DNA of 64,000 nucleotides. It comes from an uncultured Alphaproteobacteria bacterium (GTDB lineage: Bacteria > Pseudomonadota > Alphaproteobacteria > RF32 > CAG-239). The DNA lies in the NCBI GenBank assembly GCA_944390455.1, contig CALXPU010000005.1:9252-73251 (forward strand). Direction: 5' to 3'. This document shows positions 9,398 through 19,700 of the stretch, piece by piece. Position 1 is the first letter of the stretch. Each line of letters begins with the position of its first letter. The notes beneath the pieces are model-generated. The model did no database searches. It worked only from the letters and a program-made list of their open reading frames with translations, and was not told the DNA's origin. The translations under genes were made by a program, and so were the position numbers.

Positions 9398-12300
9398 TTA
9401 GAATAGTTCAATATCTCCAGAAATTTCTTCTTCGCTCTCCGGAGCTTCTGTTACTGAACCATCTGCAGCCGGCGGAGGAATTGCTCCTACATTTTTGCGT
9501 GGTTGCTGTTGGTTATTTTGGCTATTACCACTATCTAACAAAGGAGTGCCACCATTGTTACTCGTATTGTTTGCATTATTTGTTTGAGCTTGGTTGCCTA
9601 AGATAACCTTCTGACTGCCTTGAGAATTGTTCTTTTCTACTGTAGAGGTTGTGGTTCCACCACCGCCACCATAGAATGTCTCATTTACCAATCCTCCTTC
9701 GCCACCTCCCGGTACGGCTGTAGCTACACCGCGTTGAATATCTTTTGTGCTTCTCAACCATAAATCTTGCATCGGATAAATTATTACTCTTGTACCCGCT
9801 GGAATATACGTTACTGGCTGTATTTGAGATTTACTATCAATAATCTCTTGTAAAATTTGATCCATTTTTTCCATAAATTCTTGTCTTGCATCTGATGCGG
9901 CTTGTTGTTTTGAAGTTTCCACTTCTCCGGTACTATCTTCGTCAGCGGCCATCATATATGTAATTGCTGAAGTTACCATAGTACCAACAATCGGCAATGT
10001 GTATTTCTTCACTAACTGTTCATCAACATAACCCAATGCACCACCACCACGTCCTTGTGCATCGCCAGTTTGAGTTCTTCCCGGTGAAAGTAAAAATGCT
10101 ATACCATCTGGGCGGATAATTCTCTCCCAAGATATGTCTAACTTTACACCACCACTTGTATTATCAAATCTTGCCTCTGTATCTGTTGTTTGCAGACCGC
10201 CAATTATTCTACTACCAGCTGGAATAATTACGTTACGTCCAGAATCACCATAAATATTTCGTTCAACTATCGCTGTTACCGGAGCGGAACCTAAGGATAT
10301 TAATGAACGCGCCAGAACTGCCGGTATTGGTTTATCTCCCGTAATCATATTATCCATATTCACTCTTAATGTTGACACCGTACGTTTCATGCCCCAGTCA
10401 TCTTGCCAACCGGTATATGAAGCTGCATCATATCCTGGTTCTATTTTGGCGGCAACGAGTGTTCTTCTTCGTTCATCTTGAAGTTGTGATAATATTGCAG
10501 CTCGTCTTGGATTATACCTTCCACCAGGGCCAACACCTCCGCCAGGACCGACATTGGTTATTTCATCACCACTGCTATATGGATTTATGGTTGCTCCTGT
10601 TGCTATCTGTTTCCACCAATTTGCATTCATCCCTTTGCTATCTGCTGAGGCACGTTGTTTTTCAAAATCACCAACTTTATTTCCTTCATTATCGAATATT
10701 TCTCCTTTTTCGTTGGCGCTACCAACAACAGCACCTGATTCATCTATTACTTTATTATTACTGTATACATCTCCAATATAACGTCCTCCTGGGGTTACAG
10801 CTATTCCCACAACTTGATAATCTTCTTTAGTTTCAAGAGCGGCTTGCTCTTCCGGACTTAATGTTTCTTCTATCTGTTCTTCTGTTTTGGAAGCAACATT
10901 TTCAATTTCAGTATTTATACTATTTTCTTCTTGATTTTCGTCTTCAATCTCAGTTTCAGATGTTTTTACTTCTGATGCCTCAGGCGTTTTTTCAACAATC
11001 TTTTCCTCTTTGGGTTCCGATGGACGGCGATAGTATTGTAATTTTCCAGCTTGCCCCAATACATCTCCTGAAGGAGAAATTACTCTACCTTCTTCATCTA
11101 TTTTTCCTATTTCTATGTTTTTTATATTTACAACACTACCATCTAGGTTCAAGTGCCCTATTATTTGATTATCTTTGTTCCTTATTTCATAATCTCTTAG
11201 ACCGCGCCCTATTAGATTTTGTTTCTTATCTAAAACAAATCCTTGATAAATAGATCCTTTTATTTCTCCCATTATGCTATATACTCGACCATTCTTGGCG
11301 ATATATCCTATGGTTTTTCCTTCATTATCATATACATATAAATCATACAAAGCATAACCATTGTCGCCTTTTTTAGTTTTCACTTCTCCGGTATGGAGTA
11401 CATAACCTAAATTTTCACCATTATCTGAGACAACACTGCCATCTGGTTTTACGCGCCCTAAATAAATATTATTCGCATCAAAGGCTACCGTGTATTGGAA
11501 AGGTACACCTATGTTCTTTCCATCCTTAGAGCGGATACTGCCGTCTAAATCTATAGTAGCAATTTGTATGCCGGAGGTATCTACAACATTTCCATAAAAA
11601 TTTGTATATCCCAGTATTTTATTATCAAATCCCATTACAGACATATACGGAATTATTTGCCCGATAATTTCTTTTTGAGCATTTCTTACTTTTCCATTGC
11701 TATCTATACACCCTAAATTTTGATTATTATAATTAAGGACATTACCTGATGAATTGCTTACGCCAATTGTATCTCCCCCTTCTCCATTTACTGCACGGGG
11801 TTGTACAACATAACCTATTACTTCTTCTGTTTCATTTACGACCTGCTTATTTGCTAATATCATACCCAAATAAGCATCTTTAGATGTTCTGGCTTCACCA
11901 CTATCTGATACAATACCTATGACTTTGCAATCTGGTGAAATAACAGTCCCCATCTCTAAGGCTTTTCCATATAAAGCTCCCATGTTATCCAGAACATATC
12001 CATTTGAACTTATTTTTCCAATTATTTCCGTTCCCTTGGTTACTTGTCCCGTCAGGCTATTTGCCCCCAGATAATCGCCATTAATACTTACACTGATTGG
12101 AGCATTGCTTGCACGTCCATAATTTTGCGAAAAACGTTCTGATATTCCAACTACATTATTATCCGGTAAGATTTTTGCAAAAACTTTATTTTGTGAATTT
12201 ACCACCAAATTTCCAGAATTAACAACACCTTGCATTTCTCCTTCAAAATTTGTAATAAATTTACTTTCCACCATTTTTCCGAGTAACTTATTATTTTTAT

Positions 12301-13759
12301 CTAAGAATATTCCGTTTCCCGTAAATTTAGCTATTTCATTTAATGAAGGATTTTCGGTTTTGCCTTCGTTGGACGTAAAGGACAATGTCGTGCCATCATC
12401 TGTATAAATTCCACCTTGCTTAATATTTATACCGCTAATATCCCCATTTTCATCAAAGATATATCCATATGGTGATATTTTATAGGCTATTCCATTTGCA
12501 CTCAGGCCTGTATTTATTCCACTTATACCTAAAAACTCATTGTTATTGTTAAAGCACAAATTATCTGCCAGCGTTTTTCCTATTACTCTGCCATTATTAT
12601 CTACTGCATCATTTTGACGTATTGTACCTAAATCTACACCTTCTAGAGAAACTATTTTACCGCCAACTGCAGCATTTGCCTTTAAATTTCCTAAATAATC
12701 AAATACAGGTCCTTCTGAATTTATTATACCTATGACATTGCCTTTTTCATCAATAACTTTACCAGATGCACCGATTGTACCGATTACATTTCTTTTACTT
12801 AAAACTTTGCCATCTGCTGTAATTCTTCCTAAATATTTTCCGTCAAGCGTATTGGCTGTTGCAGCCATATTAACGGTAAATCCGATTGTATTTCCATCTT
12901 TGTTTATTACTCTATTTCCATTTACGGCACGTGCAACAATTGTTCCCTTATTTACAACTTCGCCATTATAGCTAACTACGCCGATATATTGTCCATTATT
13001 ATTAAAAGCATAGCCATTATCTACAACATGCCCTATGGCTTGACCTTCTTTATTGTACACATATCCATTTGCATGGATGTTACCAATAATATTTTTTTTC
13101 AAATCCATCACTTTTCCATCTGGGGCTATGCTTCCCAGATATTTACCTACTGATGATATTACCATTTTGGAGGTAATCAATTTTCCCAGCAATCTAATTT
13201 TATTTTCAGTTCCGGCAAGAGAATATACATAACCACTAGCTGTCACATAGCCTGTATTTTCACCTGAAAGATTGTAGAATTTTCCATCTCCTGATACGCG
13301 ACCCACTACTTGTCCTGCGTCATTGTATACAAGGTTTGGCGATACAGACGCGCCTAGAATATCGTAATTATCATTTACAACCAAACCATTTGGGAGAACT
13401 TTACCGATTAAGCTATCATTTGCAGAAGTAACAGAGCCATCGTTATTAATTTTTCCCAAAATACTGTTATTGTACGAGATAGCTATACCTTGAGGAACAA
13501 CTCCACCGATAAGATTGTTTTCATTATCGTATACAAAACCATCTGCAGTAATGTATCCTATCAGTTCATTGTTGCTGTTGATAACTGAACCGTCTGGTAT
13601 TACTTTTCCAATCAAGTCTCCATTAAAATTAAGTGCGCTAATATCCGCAGCCATTGCACGCAAACTTATGGCTACAAATAAAACAATCAATCTTATTATT
13701 TTGCTCAGTTTTCTTATGCTTTTATGCAAATCAATTCCTCCGGTTTTGCGCAACTTCAT
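9398..13759 (-). CDS. virB10: Giant VirB10/TrbI-family T4SS protein (1453 aa). It has an N-terminal transmembrane anchor, about 860 aa of a degenerate 17-residue tandem repeat, an acidic E/K-rich linker, the TrbI/VirB10 C-terminal domain, and a further 104-aa G/N/Q-rich tail.
   Basis: The C-terminal region (residues ~1085-1349) carries VirB10 hallmarks: RVNMDNMITGDKPIPAVLARSL, IPAGSRIIGG, GRGGGALGYVDEQL and IPAGTRVIIYPMQDL. A transmembrane helix (IIRLIVLFVAISL) sits near the N-terminus. The repeat consensus is x-x-D-G-x-[IV]-V-D-x-x-G-x-[IV]-I-G-x-[AV]. Confidence 0.8.
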   Translation of the reverse strand: MKLRKTGGIDLHKSIRKLSKIIRLIVLFVAISLRAMAADISALNFNGDLIGKVIPDGSVINSNNELIGYITADGFVYDNENNLIGGVVPQGIAISYNNSILGKINNDGSVTSANDSLIGKVLPNGLVVNDNYDILGASVSPNLVYNDAGQVVGRVSGDGKFYNLSGENTGYVTASGYVYSLAGTENKIRLLGKLITSKMVISSVGKYLGSIAPDGKVMDLKKNIIGNIHANGYVYNKEGQAIGHVVDNGYAFNNNGQYIGVVSYNGEVVNKGTIVARAVNGNRVINKDGNTIGFTVNMAATANTLDGKYLGRITADGKVLSKRNVIGTIGASGKVIDEKGNVIGIINSEGPVFDYLGNLKANAAVGGKIVSLEGVDLGTIRQNDAVDNNGRVIGKTLADNLCFNNNNEFLGISGINTGLSANGIAYKISPYGYIFDENGDISGINIKQGGIYTDDGTTLSFTSNEGKTENPSLNEIAKFTGNGIFLDKNNKLLGKMVESKFITNFEGEMQGVVNSGNLVVNSQNKVFAKILPDNNVVGISERFSQNYGRASNAPISVSINGDYLGANSLTGQVTKGTEIIGKISSNGYVLDNMGALYGKALEMGTVISPDCKVIGIVSDSGEARTSKDAYLGMILANKQVVNETEEVIGYVVQPRAVNGEGGDTIGVSNSSGNVLNYNNQNLGCIDSNGKVRNAQKEIIGQIIPYMSVMGFDNKILGYTNFYGNVVDTSGIQIATIDLDGSIRSKDGKNIGVPFQYTVAFDANNIYLGRVKPDGSVVSDNGENLGYVLHTGEVKTKKGDNGYALYDLYVYDNEGKTIGYIAKNGRVYSIMGEIKGSIYQGFVLDKKQNLIGRGLRDYEIRNKDNQIIGHLNLDGSVVNIKNIEIGKIDEEGRVISPSGDVLGQAGKLQYYRRPSEPKEEKIVEKTPEASEVKTSETEIEDENQEENSINTEIENVASKTEEQIEETLSPEEQAALETKEDYQVVGIAVTPGGRYIGDVYSNNKVIDESGAVVGSANEKGEIFDNEGNKVGDFEKQRASADSKGMNANWWKQIATGATINPYSSGDEITNVGPGGGVGPGGRYNPRRAAILSQLQDERRRTLVAAKIEPGYDAASYTGWQDDWGMKRTVSTLRVNMDNMITGDKPIPAVLARSLISLGSAPVTAIVERNIYGDSGRNVIIPAGSRIIGGLQTTDTEARFDNTSGGVKLDISWERIIRPDGIAFLLSPGRTQTGDAQGRGGGALGYVDEQLVKKYTLPIVGTMVTSAITYMMAADEDSTGEVETSKQQAASDARQEFMEKMDQILQEIIDSKSQIQPVTYIPAGTRVIIYPMQDLWLRSTKDIQRGVATAVPGGGEGGLVNETFYGGGGGTTTSTVEKNNSQGSQKVILGNQAQTNNANNTSNNGGTPLLDSGNSQNNQQQPRKNVGAIPPPAADGSVTEAPESEEEISGDIELF

Positions 13760-16700
13760 CTAATACATATCCGGAAACCTGATTTCGGATATTTACATAT
13801 GAGCCATTACTCTTCAAATATCCGATTTTCCCGTTTGTTAGACTATATATTGTTCCGTTTGAGGCTAGTCTTCCTAAAAACTTTCCATCATTCCCTAATA
13901 TATTAGCACCAATTTTATAGCTATGTCCCAATATTTTTCCATTGTTATCTACAACTAAATTTGATGATATAATTTTTCCGATTACAGATCTTTCTTTATT
14001 CAGCACTTTTCCTTCTGCATTTACAAAGCCGACAACTTGATCTTCCTCATTGATTACAATATCATCTTCAACAAGTTCACCTATTAAAAAGCCCTTATCA
14101 TTAACGGCTTGTCCAGAATTTAAAATATGGCCTATTTTAGTATTTTCCGTAGAAATGATGCTACCATCTGCAACAACTTGTCCTATTATTTTTCCTGAAT
14201 AATTGAGAACAACACCTCTTTTTACAACATTATAGTTTTTATTTGATGTTCCGCCAGGAAGGATTGTGGTGACAATGTTATCTTCATCGTCAATAATATC
14301 ACCAAGTGCATTTAAGTATCCTCTTGTCTTTCCTTGAATATCTATAACAAAGTCTTCTTTTATAACTTCACCTATTATTTGTTTGTTTTCATCCAGAATA
14401 TGCCCTTCTGAACCGACATTACCACTGACGTTTCCATCTACATCTATTACTTTACCACTTTTGCTCACATAACCTAAATATGAACCGTCATAGCCAATAC
14501 CAACGCCTGTTTTTACCAAACCGCCTTTGTATTCTCCTTGTTTATCAAACATTCTCCCTTTGCCGTCAATATACCCTAATTCGGTTCCCAAAACGTCGAT
14601 TACTTTTCCGGCGTCATTAGCTATGCCAATATAATTTCCGTTAAAGTCAACCACGGTGCCTTTATTAATTATTTTTCCGGCTTTCTTAGAATAGAATGAG
14701 TTGCCTTCGTATACAAATTTATCAACAGCTATTCCTTTTTGATTATAGACATAACCATCCGCAAATAAATGCCCTATCGTATTTCCATTTGCATCTACGA
14801 CAATGTTCTTTTCTGGCAGTAACACGCCTTTTACTTCCAGTTTAGGATTTACTAAGTATTTATTTAGCAAGACCTTAGTATTTGGAATGACGGTTTGATT
14901 ATCATATTTGAATGTTGATAAATTATTTATGAAATCGCCATTTACACCGAAAGCCTGAGTTTTATCCATAACCTGACCTATGATGAAGCCATCTTTATTC
15001 AATATTTCTCCATCTAAGTTTGCGCATCCGATTGCCTGTAAACCATTTTTGACAGTACCGTCTTGATTTAGGGGGCCCATCATCTCCCCGCTATAATATA
15101 ATCCATAGCTCGGTTCAAAGACTTTTCCTATTAGTTTTCCGTCTTGGTTTAATACCCCACCATCTGGATTTACACATCCAACATAGCCACCTTCGTCATT
15201 GCGGACAAAGCCGTCATATCCAGCTTTACCAATGATATTACATTTTTCATCTCTTACGATGCCTACTTTTGCTATATCGCCAACATAGTTACCATCTTTG
15301 TCAACAATTGTGCGGTCAAACATCATTCTATATTCTGTTTCTTTTCCATCTTTTTTTACTTTAGCATCTCTGTCTACATATCCCAGATGTTGACAGCCCC
15401 ATCCTACAGCCATTCCTCCAATCACCGTTTTGCCTATTATTTTTTCTCCTTCTATGGATTTTATTAGTGAATTTGGCAAAATTTTACCGACGATTTCTTC
15501 TTTGTTATTAATAACTTCACCTTTGTTATTAATTATTCCCAGACTATAACCGGCAGGAGAAATTGCTATCATGTCTTTTTTAACAACAGTTCCTATTCTT
15601 ACGCCTCGAGAACTGATAACATTACCATTCTCATCAATGTAACCTATAACGATACCATTTGCGTTATAAACTTTTCCGTCCTCTCCGATATACCCTATCA
15701 CATTTCCATTTTCATCTACGGCTAAATTTGAGTAATCGCCGACTTGACCTACAATTTTGCCATTTTCATCTACGGTAAAATCAACCATTCCTCCTACTTT
15801 ACCGATTATGTTTCCTTTACTATCCTTTACACTACCATCTTCTTGAACAGTACCTATTACATTGCCATTTAAATCTCTGGCAATTCCGTTTTCATCAACA
15901 TAACCGATAACATTTCCAGCTTCATCTAATATAGCTTTTCTGGAAATAACTTTTAAGTTTCCGTCTCCATTTTCAGCCAATCGGCCAATAACTTCGCCAT
16001 TGCTTCCATAAACATTTCCATCTTCAGCAACAAATCCTATGACTTTTCCATTATTGCCAATGACTTTTCCTTTGTCGTCCACATAGCCAATAACATTACC
16101 ATCTTTATCTAATACTACTTTGGCAAAATCACCGGCCTTTCCGATTATATTACCATTTATATCGTTAATACTTCCATCTTCCCCTAAATATCCGAGAAGT
16201 TTTCCATCAAAATCGCGGACTGTGCCATCTTCATCCACATATCCTATAACATTGCCATCTTTATCATAGGCTAATTGACGATTTATGTCTGCTTTGCCGA
16301 GAACTTCTCCGGTTACGCCGATGATATTTCCATTTTCATCCATAAAACCAATTAGTTCACCATTTTCTCCATAAACTTTTCCGTCGTCTTCAACATAACC
16401 GATAACATTACCATCTTTATCCAATGCTAATGTCTTTGTATCTCCGGTTTTACCAATTTCTCTTCCATAAGCGTCTATAATGCGCCCATCTTTAGTGGCT
16501 TTTCCCAGCAAATTACCCTTAAAATCGTAGACATTTCCGTCTTTATCAACGTAACCGATTACTTTGCCATTTTTATCGTATGCCAATGTTCCCTTTTTAT
16601 CTACATTACCGATGACTTCATTAGTGTTATTTAAAATATTACCATTTTCATCAACATAACCGATAACATTGCCTTTGAAATCTTTCACTGTTCCGTCTTT

Positions 16701-19700
16701 ATCTACAAATCCTATAACTTTTCCATTTTTATCGTAAGCTAAATTTTTTGCTCCGCCAACTTTACCAATAATTTTACCATTTTTATCAAGAACATTACCT
16801 TTTTCATCAACTTTTCCGACAATGTTACCGTTTTCATCAATTACATTGCCGTTTTCATCAACATAACCGATAATATTGCCGTCTTTATCATATGCCAGCT
16901 TTACACTTTTGCAGGCTGTACAAATAACTTCACCTACAGCTTTTACTTCATTATCTTTGGTTACATAACCAATTAATTTATTATCTGAACTAAAAGCAAA
17001 ATTATTTTCTTTCATATAGCCGATAACATTATTTCCATTGTCTCTAAGCGTTTTCTTATCTGCGTCTAACTTGCCAATTACATTTTCTTTGGCACCCAAA
17101 ACATCGCCTTTTATATCGACAATACCAATAATTTTATCTTCGTCGCCTTTAACATAGTTTTGCGCATCAATATAGCCAATAACATTTCCTTCTGATTTTT
17201 GGACTACATTTAATAATTCCCCTGTTGTACCAATCAGTAGTCCTTTATTATCAACCACATCTCCATTTTTGTTAGAACCTAAAGTTTTGCCACTAAAGTT
17301 TTTCACAACGTTGTTCTTATCTAAATAACCGATTACAAGCCCTTGCTTATTTTTTATAATTTTTTTTCTAACGCAAGTACGACCAATAATTTTGTCACCA
17401 GCCTTAATTACGTTTCCATTTTTATCTATAAAACCGACTAATTTGCCATTTTCATCTACTACACGACCATTTTCTACATAACCGATAATGTTGCCGTTTT
17501 TATCTGTTGCTACTTGTCTATATTCTCCGGCTTTTCCGATGACTCTTCCGTTTTTATCCAGAATACTTCCGTCTTCAGCCATTCTTCCTATCAGATTTCC
17601 TTTAAAATCTTTAACTGTTCCATCTGGTGTAACATAGCCGATGACTTTACCATTTTTATCATATGCTAATCTTTTGAAGTTCCCTGCAACACCTAACTTT
17701 TCACCGCTTGAAGCAATTATATTTCCGTTTTTATCAACGACACCTATAATTTTTCCATCACAATTTATGACGCGTTTTTTCTCGTCTATATAGCCAATAA
17801 ACACACCTTGATTGTTGAAGGCAAGCTCTTTTATGCCACCGACTTTTCCAATTATTTTGCCATCTTTATCAACGACATTTCCTGACGAATCTTTTTTACC
17901 AATAACGCTTCCGCCACAACCTTTAACAGTACCATCCGTATCAACATAACCAATAAATTTACCGTTTTTATCGTATGCAATTTCTCTTGAAGTTCCGGCT
18001 TTTCCGATGATTTTTCCATTTGTTCCTATTATTTGCCCTTTGTCATCTACATAACCTAAAAGAGCGCCATTTTTACCGATGACACGACCTTTATCATCAA
18101 CAATACCAATAACATTACCCTTTTTATCAAAGGCAACCGTTGCATAGTTACCAGCCTTTCCGATTTTTTGGCCATTTTTACCAATAATTTCCCCTTTATC
18201 GTTTACTTTTCCGATAACATTGCCTTCAAAATCAATAACATTTCCGTCATCATCTATATAACCTATAGGCTTTCCATCTTTTCCTAAGGCTATTCTTTTT
18301 TTGTTGCCATTTGTATCAGCCTGTTTGGTACTTATGATATTCCCGTTTTTATCAACATTACCAATATGTTTGCCATTGTGATCAAAAACACGACCTTGCT
18401 CATCTACATATCCAATGACTTTTCCATTTTTATCCAAAGCTAATTTGGCATACGCTCCAGCCTTTCCGATGATTTTTCCGTTTTTATCTACAATATTACC
18501 ATCTTTATCTACTTTTCCGATAACATTTCCCTTAAAATCTTTAACCGTGCCATCTTTGTCAACGTAACCGATAACATTGCCATCTTTATCATACGCCAAT
18601 CTTCTGCTTACGCCAACTTTTCCAATAACATTTGATTTATTTTTATCTTGATCAAATTTAACAACTTTTCCGTTTTCATCTATATAACCTATAGCCTTAC
18701 CATCTTTATCATAGACAATCTTGCGACTTTCTCCATTTGTACCTATTTTCTCTTTAGCTATTTTGTATACGTTACCGTTTTCATCAACATATCCAACAAC
18801 ATTTCCGTCTTGGTCAACAACACTGTTATCTGGCATAACAACGCCTAAAACATTGCCATTTTCGTCAACAACAATATTTCCTGATGATGTCACCTTTCCG
18901 ATAACATTGCCATTTTCATCGACAACCTCTCCGTTTTCATTTAATCGTCCAATGATTTTTTTAGGGTCATTAATATCTACAACTGTTCCATCTGGTAATG
19001 CACGACCAATAATTTTGCCATTTTTATCATATACAAATCCAGCCTCAACGGCTTTTCCAATGATTTCACCGTTGCTATTTACTATCGTTCCATCAGGCAG
19101 AGCCTTGCCAATAACTTCTCCTTGTAAATCAACAACAGTTCCGTCTGTTTTAACATAGCCAATAATATTGCCATCTTTATCGTATGCCAATTTCATATTT
19201 TGGGCAACGCCGATGATATTACCATCCGAATCAACAATCAATCCGTCTTCATTAACTTTACCGATAATGTTACCGTCTTTGTCATGAACATTTCCGGCTT
19301 CATCAATGTAACCTATAATTTCACCATTAGGCCCTATAGCTAGACGATGAGCCCCGATCCCCCCATCATCACCAATGGAGCAACCACTTCCAGCACTACA
19401 ATTTTGTTGGTTGTCTTCTGGGTATACTGCACTGCCTCTAATGCTTACTTCCTCAGATTTGGCACTTGATTTATCTAATCTGGTTTCATACCATATTATT
19501 TTGAAATTATTTTGAACATTCCCCGGTAAGTGTGGCGCCCAAGTTATTAAAACATTGCACGTTTCATCACCTCGTAAATCACGGTTTCTACATTTATCTC
19601 TAAAATCAAAACCATCTTCCGTTTCTTCTACAAGCTCAACCCTTTCTATATGTATGCTTTCACTACCATCCGTTCCTATCGTTAAAACGCTTTGATTTTG

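Noticed and set aside
13092-13099. Homopolymeric T8/A8 tracts inside virB10 (13092..13099), the repeat gene (~17362..17369) and virB8 (~22474..22481, ~22645..22652) as phase-variation switches
   Set aside because: Runs of 8 A/T are expected by chance in a genome this AT-rich, and they also occur in housekeeping genes (e.g. engB ~7885). There is no evidence for longer, variable tracts.
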